Source of the DNA: an uncultured Gammaproteobacteria bacterium | GTDB taxonomy: Bacteria > Patescibacteriota > Microgenomatia > JAMCZE01 | Assembly: GCA_964641255.1 (NCBI GenBank) | Contig: CAZXMM010000001.1 | Span: 873,890-937,889, forward strand | Reading direction: 5' to 3' | DNA length: 64,000 bases | Part shown: piece by piece, positions 29,956-38,439 of the stretch | Layout: each line of letters begins with the position of its first letter | Numbering within the stretch: the first letter of the stretch is position 1 | The notes under the pieces: generated by a model | What the model was told of the DNA's origin: nothing | Database searches by the model: none | What the model saw: the letters and a program-made list of their open reading frames with translations, nothing else | Position numbers and translations under genes: made by a program

Positions 29956-30975
29956 CTAAAGTTCCTTCCAAGAATACGACCCATCGGCAACTCGGCGACA
30001 AATACTTACGCTATCGTCCTCTCCAGAAGCGCCAGAAGTAAACCACATGGTTCCCCTGACCGACTCGGAGCAGTTAGGCTTAGCCACAAATTGACCTGGG
30101 TTGAGTCGTAACCCGCCATTAATTTCCAACTTTTGGGTGGCATTATCGGTACCAATCCCTAGGTTACCCGCATAGTTGAAGTTAGCTCGTTTGCCATAGC
30201 CTGTCCAAAATTCGATACTACCATTACTGTTTGAACTACTGATTCGTACCGGCCCAGTACCAGAATCAATAACAAACTTGCCAGCCACATCGGGATTATT
30301 GTAATTCGATGAATAGGCTGAGATATAACCGTTACCATTAGCTGAGGTAACAAAAATTTGGGAAACTCCAAGCCAACTCGCATCATTTTCTACCCGCAAG
30401 CCAGTTTCCCCACTAGTGGAGTATTTAACATGCAGTGGAGTCAAGGGAACGCCCCCGACCCCCACCCTCCCGGCCTGATAATAAAGATCGTTGCCACTTA
30501 CTTGCCACTGGCCATTACCAGTACCAGGGTTGGGGGTTAGCCAAGATAGGATGCCGGCTCCATTGTTAGTTAGCACTGTCCCCGCACCACCCTGAGTAGT
30601 CGGCCAACTGTAGGAAACGCCAGTGATCTTAGCTAGATTACCGGTAGTCAGATTGACACCAAAAAGATTGCCCACGGAAAAATCTGTCCACGGGGACTTC
30701 GTACCCACGCCAACATTGCCCTTATTATTAACAAAAAGCCCTACGGAATTGGTGGGAGCTAGTTGAACAGCTCCAGTTGTGGGTCCACCTAACAAAAGAG
30801 TCTTCATACCGACAGTACTTAGTGTGGGATCCTTAAAAATAGTCAGTTTGCCAGCAATACTGGCAACTAGCGGTGGAAACGGAAGAGCCTCATTAGCCGG
30901 AGCGGCTAGAACTGGCGAAGCAAGAGTGAAAAAGAAAATGTACCAGATTAGACTAACTAAAAACAACCTCTTCAT
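29956..30975 (-). CDS. Secreted beta-rich protein with GNVGVGT/GNLGIGT repeats (tail-fibre/adhesin-like)
   Basis: Signal peptide; GNVGVGT, GRVGVGG, GNLGIGT.P..KLEING. Confidence 0.65.
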   Translation of the reverse strand: MKRLFLVSLIWYIFFFTLASPVLAAPANEALPFPPLVASIAGKLTIFKDPTLSTVGMKTLLLGGPTTGAVQLAPTNSVGLFVNNKGNVGVGTKSPWTDFSVGNLFGVNLTTGNLAKITGVSYSWPTTQGGAGTVLTNNGAGILSWLTPNPGTGNGQWQVSGNDLYYQAGRVGVGGVPLTPLHVKYSTSGETGLRVENDASWLGVSQIFVTSANGNGYISAYSSNYNNPDVAGKFVIDSGTGPVRISSSNSNGSIEFWTGYGKRANFNYAGNLGIGTDNATQKLEINGGLRLNPGQFVAKPNCSESVRGTMWFTSGASGEDDSVSICRRVADGSYSWKEL

Positions 30976-31029
30976 ACCAGCACTTTAACGGGGATGTTAA
31001 TCCTCGTCAATAGTTAAAACTATGTCAAG

Positions 31030-33654
31030 TTACCAACACCACCAAAGAAAACAACTCTTAAGTTTTGAGGCGCCTTTGGTAACCTTCGACTCCTTAGGTG
31101 GCTGGACCAGCGAAACATCCTTGACGTTAGTTTTGGACTCCTGTTCAGATTTTAAAAGTCCGTTATCTTGTGAATTGGCACCTAAAACCGAGGTTCCCCC
31201 TCTCAGTGCTGGATAGACGACTGCAAAGAGCGACAATTCCCGAGTGGAGGTAGCAATGGTTTGATTATTTCTATTAACAACCCACGGTCCAGGAAGTTGC
31301 CGCCAACGCCCTAGCTTCTTATCATAGTAAGCTATCCGCAACGATTCTGGCAAACGCCCTAGCAATTTTTCCGAATCGAAACTAAGAACTATTGTATACG
31401 GATTATCGGTACGCAAAACCGGGTAACCGTTGAAGGCAGACACGGCCGAGAAATCATAAATTCTCGAATAGATATTTAGGCCCTGGGCCCAAGGGAACGG
31501 AACCGCAGCGGTTGTTAGCATCTCTGGTGATTTTTCCACTGGTTTAATGTATAAATCAATACTCGTAGCTTGAGAAGGAATAATCCCCCCGATACCTGGA
31601 TTACTAACTGACCCGGTTAATGATAAAACCCCACCCTCTCCAATACTGCCCACCCTGTTGGGCCCCACACTGATTGGCTGGGCATAACCAGAGATTAGAT
31701 TGGGATTAGAAGTTGAACCAGCAGGAGGTGGAACAATCGTAAAAGCAAACGAGGCATAATTACTGGAGGCAGTATATGAAGTGTTGCCATCATAGGCCCT
31801 AATGTAGGCGGTGTGTGTGCTAAGCGACAGCTCAGAACTAACCTGACAAGAGTAGTTACTATTACCAATCAGTGTACAAGTCTGCCAGTCAGATGTGCTA
31901 TCAATGCTAAACTGAACACCAGATAAACTGGTGGTTGCAAGTGAAGACACCGTAATGTTTCCTGACATACCCGGAGTGCGGTCATCATGCTGACTGAAAC
32001 TGTTAGCGCTCGGAGTGTGAGGAAAATTGTAGATAACATACACTGAGCCCGAAGAGGTTATATTATTAAGATTAGCGTTAGCAGCTGGCACTATCAGATC
32101 GTTCTTACCATCCGCATTGAAATCGGCGAGCACCAAACGGGAGTCACCCAATTGGTCTCCTGCCGTGGACCCATCTAAACGATAAACAAACTTGGTGACA
32201 TCTGCTAGGTCAACAGTATTACCAGTTCCTGAATAGTTTTCCAATAAGGTGTTATTAACAGCATATACAGATCCCGAACTAGAGCGGGAATTATAGTCAC
32301 TTAGCCGGCTACCTATTACCAAATCGCTAGGCCCATTATTATCTATATTACCCGCGACAATAACCCCCTCTCCTACAAGATCATTAGCTACCGCCCCATC
32401 AATCCGAACATTGAATTTAGCCGTATTTGCTAAATCCGCAGTGTTACCAGTTCCTGAATACGTACCCAATAAACTGTTGTAAATTACATAAAGTGAGCCA
32501 GAATTAGTGCGTGAATTATAGTCAGTAGCGCTAGTGCCCACGATAATGTCCAGTTTATTATCATTGTCCACATCCGCAAGCGCTCCCATACGCCCCCCTA
32601 GACCATCAAATGAAGTGCTACCAGCTACAGGACCATCAAATCGAACATTGTAAGTAGCAGAGCTTAAGTTTAGACTATTAGCTGTACCCGTATAATCATC
32701 CAAAATGGTGTTATAGATCACATACACTGATCCGGATCCACTACGGGAATTTCTATCAGCCTGAGAAGCAGCAACTACTAAATCGTTTTTACCATCGTTA
32801 TCTAAATCCCCTACAGTTAGGTTACCCTTACCCAACTCATCGCCAATGCCCTCGGCAAAGAAACGTAAATTAAAGTTTGAGGTGAAAGCCATATTGACGT
32901 TATTTCCCGTTCCAGAATAATCATCAATAAGCGTGTTATAAATAACAACCACTGCTCCATAGCTGGAGCCAGAACTAGTTTTGGCTGGCGCACCATAGAT
33001 AAGATCCTTCTTATTGTCGTTGTCCAAGTCAGCCAATGCTAACCCACTGTAATTTAACAAACACGAGCTACATTCTTGATAAGCAATATTAAAACTACTA
33101 CTACTTGCTAAATCTACCGTATTGCCAGTCCCAGTATAACTGGCTATTAAACTGCCATAGACAAGGTAAATTTTTGGCGCGGAAGAAAATGACATGAATG
33201 CTAGGTCGTCTTTTCCATCACCGTCCACATCCCCAGCTGCTACCGCAAATCCGAGGTTAGCTGAAGCTTCCGCACCGTCGTAGCGAACATTATAAGAGCT
33301 GGGACTACTTAAATCCCAGGTGCTACCTAAACTGGAATTATCATCCAAAAGTGTGTTATAGATTATGTAGATAGAGCCCGAATCGGCACGTGAGTTATAG
33401 TCGGTAGACGGAGACCCAATAACCAAGTCCGTTTTACCATCACCATCAAAATCCCCACTAGCAAGAGTACGCCCAACAACCCCATCGCTTACCGCCCCAT
33501 CATAGCGAATATTGTAATTACTGCTTGTTGCCAAATCTATAGTTACACCCTGGGCTGATACGCTGGTGGCAATACTAGCATTGACAAGAAAAAAAACTAC
33601 GAGGAATATCGGGAAGATAATCAACTGCAGTAAGATACTTTGACTCTTTTGCAT
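31030..33654 (-). CDS. Secreted FG-GAP (integrin-alpha beta-propeller) repeat protein
   Basis: About seven repeats GD.D.DGK.DL..G/A...D.N...SGS.Y.IYN; signal peptide; Ig-like C-terminal region. Confidence 0.88.
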   Translation of the reverse strand: MQKSQSILLQLIIFPIFLVVFFLVNASIATSVSAQGVTIDLATSSNYNIRYDGAVSDGVVGRTLASGDFDGDGKTDLVIGSPSTDYNSRADSGSIYIIYNTLLDDNSSLGSTWDLSSPSSYNVRYDGAEASANLGFAVAAGDVDGDGKDDLAFMSFSSAPKIYLVYGSLIASYTGTGNTVDLASSSSFNIAYQECSSCLLNYSGLALADLDNDNKKDLIYGAPAKTSSGSSYGAVVVIYNTLIDDYSGTGNNVNMAFTSNFNLRFFAEGIGDELGKGNLTVGDLDNDGKNDLVVAASQADRNSRSGSGSVYVIYNTILDDYTGTANSLNLSSATYNVRFDGPVAGSTSFDGLGGRMGALADVDNDNKLDIIVGTSATDYNSRTNSGSLYVIYNSLLGTYSGTGNTADLANTAKFNVRIDGAVANDLVGEGVIVAGNIDNNGPSDLVIGSRLSDYNSRSSSGSVYAVNNTLLENYSGTGNTVDLADVTKFVYRLDGSTAGDQLGDSRLVLADFNADGKNDLIVPAANANLNNITSSGSVYVIYNFPHTPSANSFSQHDDRTPGMSGNITVSSLATTSLSGVQFSIDSTSDWQTCTLIGNSNYSCQVSSELSLSTHTAYIRAYDGNTSYTASSNYASFAFTIVPPPAGSTSNPNLISGYAQPISVGPNRVGSIGEGGVLSLTGSVSNPGIGGIIPSQATSIDLYIKPVEKSPEMLTTAAVPFPWAQGLNIYSRIYDFSAVSAFNGYPVLRTDNPYTIVLSFDSEKLLGRLPESLRIAYYDKKLGRWRQLPGPWVVNRNNQTIATSTRELSLFAVVYPALRGGTSVLGANSQDNGLLKSEQESKTNVKDVSLVQPPKESKVTKGASKLKSCFLWWCW

Positions 33655-33681
33655 GTTATCAATATACCAAAAAATAGGTAG

Positions 33682-34704
33682 CTACTTCGCAAGAAGAGAT
33701 TGGTAAAAATTAAGCATGTCAGCTACCGCCTTGTCCCAGCTAGGGACCAAATTGTGATCAGCCTGTGGATAAACTTTATAAGTGAGTGCCGACAGGGTCG
33801 CTTCTTTTTTAACTGCGGCAGTAAACTCATCCGACCAACACCTAGGAACTAACTCATCAATTTCTCCTTGTTGTAGTAAGATTGGCGCTTTAATCCAGGA
33901 AAGATAGTTAGTGACAGTAAATTCCTCTACGTTGTAGTTATCCTCAAACTGAGCTAAGACTCGTCTCAGGGCTTTCCCATGATCGTCAAAATCGTCAGTA
34001 TAGAAAAGTATGCTGTAAGGAAAGGGTTTAGTCACCGGATTCCACAGTACCGTAGGAATATCACGGCCGGTAATCGCAAGAGCCGCTAGGCTGATATGTC
34101 CCCCATTGGAATGGCCCCACATCCCCAAGCGACAACCTTTTTGACACAGTTTATCAGCCCCCGACAGTAAACTTAAAACAGTCGTATAAGTTTGAAATCT
34201 CTCCTCAAAAACATTAGTGCTAGGATTGTCAGAACCACCAAAGCCTAAGTGGTTGGGTGCCAAAGTAACATAGCCAGTTTGGGCCAACACGCTAGCTACC
34301 CGCTCGGTGCCAAAACCGGGATAAAACTCCTGCTGACTGGCAAAACCCCGGTTAAGAATAATAATGGGAGTGGTAAAGCCGGAAATCGTGGCTAGCTGAG
34401 ATTCACTGCTGGGGATATTAGCTATACCTAAAACGCGCCTACCGTCCGCCTCGAAAGAAAAATCCCAGGTAGTAAACTCTGGATTAGATTTAACAACTTT
34501 AGTAAAAGTGAGATGGGAATCAAATTGCCGTTTTTTTAGTGCTTCAAACGTATAGCTAAGTAGTGGTTTGGGTTTTTCTTCTCGGCTCGCTAGTTTGCCT
34601 ACTGGGGTCACAACGGAGGGTGACTGTAGAAAAAAATACCACCCGCCCAGTGTTAACAGACTAATAATCAGGCCGATAGCAAAGCCTAGGAGTCCGTTTT
34701 TCAT
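33682..34704 (-). CDS. Alpha/beta hydrolase (S9-like) with N-terminal TM anchor
   Basis: WGHSNGG nucleophile, D in GEIDELV, H in ADHNL; start MKNGLL taken after the tRNA. Confidence 0.85.
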   Translation of the reverse strand: MKNGLLGFAIGLIISLLTLGGWYFFLQSPSVVTPVGKLASREEKPKPLLSYTFEALKKRQFDSHLTFTKVVKSNPEFTTWDFSFEADGRRVLGIANIPSSESQLATISGFTTPIIILNRGFASQQEFYPGFGTERVASVLAQTGYVTLAPNHLGFGGSDNPSTNVFEERFQTYTTVLSLLSGADKLCQKGCRLGMWGHSNGGHISLAALAITGRDIPTVLWNPVTKPFPYSILFYTDDFDDHGKALRRVLAQFEDNYNVEEFTVTNYLSWIKAPILLQQGEIDELVPRCWSDEFTAAVKKEATLSALTYKVYPQADHNLVPSWDKAVADMLNFYQSLLAK

Positions 34705-34778
34705 GGAGCCTGAGGTGGGAATCGGACCCACGACCTCTTCCTTACCAAGGAAGCGTTCTGCCACTGAACTACCCAGGC
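34704..34778 (-). tRNA. tRNA-Thr(GGT)
   Basis: Reverse complement GCCTGGGTAGTTCAGTGGCAGAACGCTTCCTTGGTAAGGAAGAGGTCGTGGGTCCGATTCCCACCTCAGGCTCCA. Confidence 0.95.
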
Positions 34779-34864
34779 TACTAAGAGGCAATTATCCCTA
34801 AATGGTAACTAAAAGAAAATACCCCTTTCTCAAATACGATCAAGGCGCTATACTAACAACTAAT

Positions 34865-35041
34865 ATGGCCAGTAAAGATGTTACTCTCAAGCTGGGACTA
34901 GTCTGTAGTGTCTGCAATCGCAGAAACTATTTGACGTCCAAGAATAAGATGGAAAACAAAGACAAGTTGCTCCTCAAAAAGTACTGTCGTTTCTGTAAAG
35001 TGCACACCGACCATAAAGAGGTAGAAAAACTAGGCAAATAG
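34865..35041 (+). CDS. rpmG: 50S ribosomal protein L33
   Basis: LVCSVCNRRNYLTSKN, LKKYCRFCKVHTDHKE. Confidence 0.96.
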   Translation: MASKDVTLKLGLVCSVCNRRNYLTSKNKMENKDKLLLKKYCRFCKVHTDHKEVEKLGK

Positions 35042-35057
35042 CTCGCCCCACACCACT

Positions 35058-35669
35058 ATGCCAACGCGCAAACTCATAAAAATCTTGGTTTCTTCCCTCG
35101 CTCTCGGCTTTTTTCTGGGAGTATTGGTTTTTATCGGCACTTTGACTTACATTACTAAACGGGCCGTAATTGATAACAAAATTATCTCCGATGCCATTAT
35201 CATTCTTGGCAGTCGTACCCACTCTAATGAAACCGCCAATCCCTGTCTTGTGGCCAGAATCAAGCACGGGGTAGATCTCTATCACCAGGGCTATGCTAGT
35301 AAAATAATTTTAGCTGGGGGCTACAATCCCGATGATAAACTGATCGAGGCCGAAGAAATGAAGAAGCTGACCCTGGCCCTCGGAGTTACCGAGGAAGATG
35401 TTTTGCTTGAGAGCAAGTCAACGAGCACCCAGGAGAATTTAGTGTTTTCTAACAAGATTATGAGTGATAACGGCCTAACCAGAGCAATTATTGTAACTGA
35501 GCCCTACCACTCACCCCGAGCTGATCTAGTAGCTGATAAAGTCGGGATTACCCATACTGTCTCCCCCGCTGTAAAGAGTCCCTGTTGGACTAATTTTGCC
35601 TTAGGCTGGTTCCCCCTTCTAAGAGACACCGCCGCCCTCATTGACTACAAAATTAAGGGGAGGCTGTAG
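35058..35669 (+). CDS. YdcF/DUF218 family protein
   Basis: DAIIILG, ILAGG, EAEEM, LESKSTSTQEN, VTEPYHSPRA. Confidence 0.9.
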   Translation: MPTRKLIKILVSSLALGFFLGVLVFIGTLTYITKRAVIDNKIISDAIIILGSRTHSNETANPCLVARIKHGVDLYHQGYASKIILAGGYNPDDKLIEAEEMKKLTLALGVTEEDVLLESKSTSTQENLVFSNKIMSDNGLTRAIIVTEPYHSPRADLVADKVGITHTVSPAVKSPCWTNFALGWFPLLRDTAALIDYKIKGRL

Positions 35670-35675
35670 TTGGGA

Positions 35676-36920
35676 TTAGACTCCAATTAGCAATTCGGCA
35701 CGTTTTTTATTCCAAAACTCTCCCCGCCGACACAACAGTTGAGCGTCACTCGGGTCGGCCAATAAGCGTTCAACTAATGTTTCCAAAAGAATGGTATTCT
35801 GCGATCCCTTCAGTAAAATCACATCTCCGTTTTTTATAAAATTAAAGACGTCATCGGCTAGGGCGAGCATTTGTTCATGGACCCTGAGATTTTCCTGGGG
35901 AAATCCCAGCTCTAACGCTTTCGGGGCCAAAAAACTTTTCATTAATGGTCCAAAAGTAAAGATGACATCCGCGTCCTGGACCGCTTCCAAAGCTAGTGCT
36001 TCGTGTTCCTCCTGCGCTAGTTCTCCCAACTCTCGCATGTCACCTAAAATGGCAATTTTCCGTTTACCCTGAGCTTGTCTAAGAACTTTCAAGGCCCCAA
36101 TCATCGGAACCTTACTGGCGTTATAAGTCGAGTCAATTAAAGTAGAACCATTAATACCCTTAAAGACACTCATTCTGCCCGGTGGGAGTTTAAAATGGAC
36201 CTTGAGACGGGCTTTAGCACTCTTCTCATTAATCCCTAGAGCCTTGCCTACCGCCACGGCGGCGGCCAGAGTAGCGCCGTAATCTTTAGTGAGAACAAAC
36301 CCCGGCAAGTTAAGAGTAAAATTTCTCACACTATTACCCTCTCTCTGGCCAAAGGTTAACACCTTGGCCTGGGTTTTTTGTTCAAAAGCCAACACTCTTG
36401 GGTCGTCAGCATTTAAAATAGCGCTACCGCTACTAGGCAGGGCGGAAATTAGCTTCCCCTTTTCCCTGGCAATCCCATCCACACCATCCAAAAAGTTAGC
36501 AGTATGTACTGGAAGCGCATTGAGAAATACTCCAATGGATGGATGGATAAAGGACAAGAGGTAACTCATATCGCCTGGCTTATCTACACCCATCTCCGCA
36601 AGGTAAACATCATACTTTTCCCAGTTAGTCAGCAGTTGCCAGGGAGTAAGAAGTAGCGCCCGCAAAACCATTTCCAACACTGAGCCATAGTTCGCATCAA
36701 AGCCGAGGATATCCAGAGGCAGACCCACTTCTGAGTTAAAGCTTTTCTTACCCTCTTTAACGCGGTACTGATCTTTCAGGATGGCATAGATGGCTTCTTT
36801 GCAGGAGGTTTTACCTGCTGAGCCGGTAACACCGATAATCAGGGGGTGGATCTTTCTAAGCTGAACAGACGCAGCTACACGTAAGTAGGACAAAAAAAGA
36901 TTTAGAAGAATTCTACGCAT
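35676..36920 (-). CDS. murF: UDP-N-acetylmuramoyl-tripeptide--D-Ala-D-Ala ligase
   Basis: GVTGSAGKTS, NSEVGLP, DSTYNAS, LGDMRELG, LLKGS. Confidence 0.9.
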   Translation of the reverse strand: MRRILLNLFLSYLRVAASVQLRKIHPLIIGVTGSAGKTSCKEAIYAILKDQYRVKEGKKSFNSEVGLPLDILGFDANYGSVLEMVLRALLLTPWQLLTNWEKYDVYLAEMGVDKPGDMSYLLSFIHPSIGVFLNALPVHTANFLDGVDGIAREKGKLISALPSSGSAILNADDPRVLAFEQKTQAKVLTFGQREGNSVRNFTLNLPGFVLTKDYGATLAAAVAVGKALGINEKSAKARLKVHFKLPPGRMSVFKGINGSTLIDSTYNASKVPMIGALKVLRQAQGKRKIAILGDMRELGELAQEEHEALALEAVQDADVIFTFGPLMKSFLAPKALELGFPQENLRVHEQMLALADDVFNFIKNGDVILLKGSQNTILLETLVERLLADPSDAQLLCRRGEFWNKKRAELLIGV

Positions 36921-36986
36921 AAATAATTGTATCACCATTATTATTGACAGGTATAATCGAACACTCTACATTAGTTGTATAAGTCT

Positions 36987-37649
36987 ATGTCCTACCATCA
37001 AAAGCTTCGAGCCAAAATGCGACACCTAAGAAGTGAGGGCCACACGATTGGAAAGTTAGCGCGTATGACCGGGGCCTCCCGCAGCACCATGTCTCTGTAG
37101 GTGAAAGGGACAGAGCTGAGCAATTCAGCTAGAACTATTATTAAAAATAAACAATTATTGGCTCAACAGAAGGGACGTGGCACCATTCAAAAGCACCGCC
37201 AAGAAATTAAGGATCGTATCACAGCTACTGCTAATAAGCTTGTGGAAAAGGTGGCAATAGATAATGACTACGCCAAATTGTGTGCTTCTCTTATTTTTTG
37301 GTGCGAAGGCAGTAAAGGTCAAACTTCAGTACGTTTTACTAACTCGGACCCAACGCTTATAAAGCTGTTTCTTAATTTGCTCCGAAAGGGGTTTATGATT
37401 GACGAAACTAAGTTACGGGCCCTTATACACTTGCATGAGTACCATAACGAGCTTCAACAGAAGGCTTTTTGGAGTGACGTAACAAAAATTCCTTTGTCAC
37501 AATTTAGTAGGTCATATCTTAAACCGCATACCGGGAAAAATAAGCGAGCTAATTATCCAGGATGTCTAGCTGTTTATTACTATGACTCTAAAGTTGCAAA
37601 AGAATTAAGTGCAATCTACAATGCATTTACCTCAAGGGGTGTCGGTTAA
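36987..37649 (+). pseudogene. HTH + LAGLIDADG-like endonuclease gene interrupted by in-frame TAG (37098-37100)
   Basis: MSYHQKLRAKMRHLRSEGHTIGKLARMTGASRSTMSL*VKG continues in frame into LIFWCEGSK..VRFTNSDP; the final stop lies inside tRNA-Trp. Confidence 0.7.
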
Positions 37650-37705
37650 CGGTAAACCATGGGACTCCAAATCCCAGACTGGGGGTTCAATTCCCTCCAC
37701 CCCTG
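37635..37705 (+). tRNA. tRNA-Trp(CCA), no encoded 3' CCA
   Basis: AGGGGTG/CACCCCT acceptor, TGGGA-CTCCAAA-TCCCA anticodon arm, GGTTCAATTCC; discriminator G followed by CTGCG. Confidence 0.93.
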
Positions 37706-37726
37706 CTGCGTACTGTCAGAATAATC
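37704..37726 (+). repeat. Array anchor half-site (right arm fused to tRNA-Trp)
   Basis: TGCTGCGTACTGTCAGAATAATC, 20/23 identical to 38417-38439. Confidence 0.85.
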
Positions 37727-37751
37727 AAATCTCCATTTGATACAATAAATA

Positions 37752-38378
37752 ATGGCCAAGAAGTACGATGCGGTGATAGTTTTAGCTGGGGGAGTAAATT
37801 CCGATGGCACACTTCCACAAATAATAAAAGAGCGGATTAATTTAGGAATTAGGCTATTACAAGAAAGCGCTTCAGACTTTTTGGTGTTCTCCGGGCACTT
37901 TACTTTTGTGCTAGATAACCCGCTCAATTTGAGTGAATCTGAGTCAATGAAAACTTATGCCATTTCCCAGGGAATCGCTGAAAGCAAAATCTTACTTGAT
38001 GACAAATCCAAAGATACCCTGAGCAATGCATATTTCGTAAAAGTGGACCTGGCCATACCCAGAAATTGGAAAAAACTTGCAGTGGTGAGCTCAGAAACCC
38101 ACATTGAGAGGGCTAAGTATTTATTTAATAAAGTTTTTGGGGCCAATTTTAAAATTGACTACTCTTCTACTCCATTTACCCAACTGGATACCGAGGGTTC
38201 AGCAAAAAGCAAAGAGATGGAGCGCAAACAGTTGGTTTTTTCGCATCAGTGGCTTGATCCAATTAAAGACGGTGACGATAGGTCCATTAAAGAATTGCTC
38301 TTTACCAAACACCCTGGCTTTGCGCCTAACCCAGAATTTACCATCACTCAGCTAATTGAACAACTAAATAAACTTTAA
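37752..38378 (+). CDS. YdcF/DUF218 family protein (cassette 1)
   Basis: DAVIVLAGG, SESESM, SKDTLSNA, VSSETHIERA. Confidence 0.88.
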   Translation: MAKKYDAVIVLAGGVNSDGTLPQIIKERINLGIRLLQESASDFLVFSGHFTFVLDNPLNLSESESMKTYAISQGIAESKILLDDKSKDTLSNAYFVKVDLAIPRNWKKLAVVSSETHIERAKYLFNKVFGANFKIDYSSTPFTQLDTEGSAKSKEMERKQLVFSHQWLDPIKDGDDRSIKELLFTKHPGFAPNPEFTITQLIEQLNKL

Positions 38379-38383
38379 CTTCT

Positions 38384-38439
38384 GCGTAAAAAGTTCGAAT
38401 ATCCTCTGCCCAGGGTTGCTGCGTATTGTCAGGACAATC
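38384..38439 (+). repeat. Cassette-boundary repeat R1
   Basis: GCGTAAAAAGTTCGAATATCCTCTGCCCAGGGTTGCTGCGTATTGTCAGGACAATC. Confidence 0.92.

Noticed and set aside
34705-34791. N-terminal 28 aa of the 369-aa hydrolase ORF in the track
   Set aside because: This is tRNA-Thr(GGT) sequence read through; the signal-anchor start is at 34704.
37098-37705. Amber readthrough by the adjacent tRNA-Trp, or a recoded genome
   Set aside because: The anticodon is CCA, not CTA, and TAG and TGA terminate ordinary genes across the window.
37646-37927. 93-aa minus-strand ORF as a recombinase
   Set aside because: It is mostly antisense of the YdcF gene; only the short tail across the site is informative and no recombinase domain is present.
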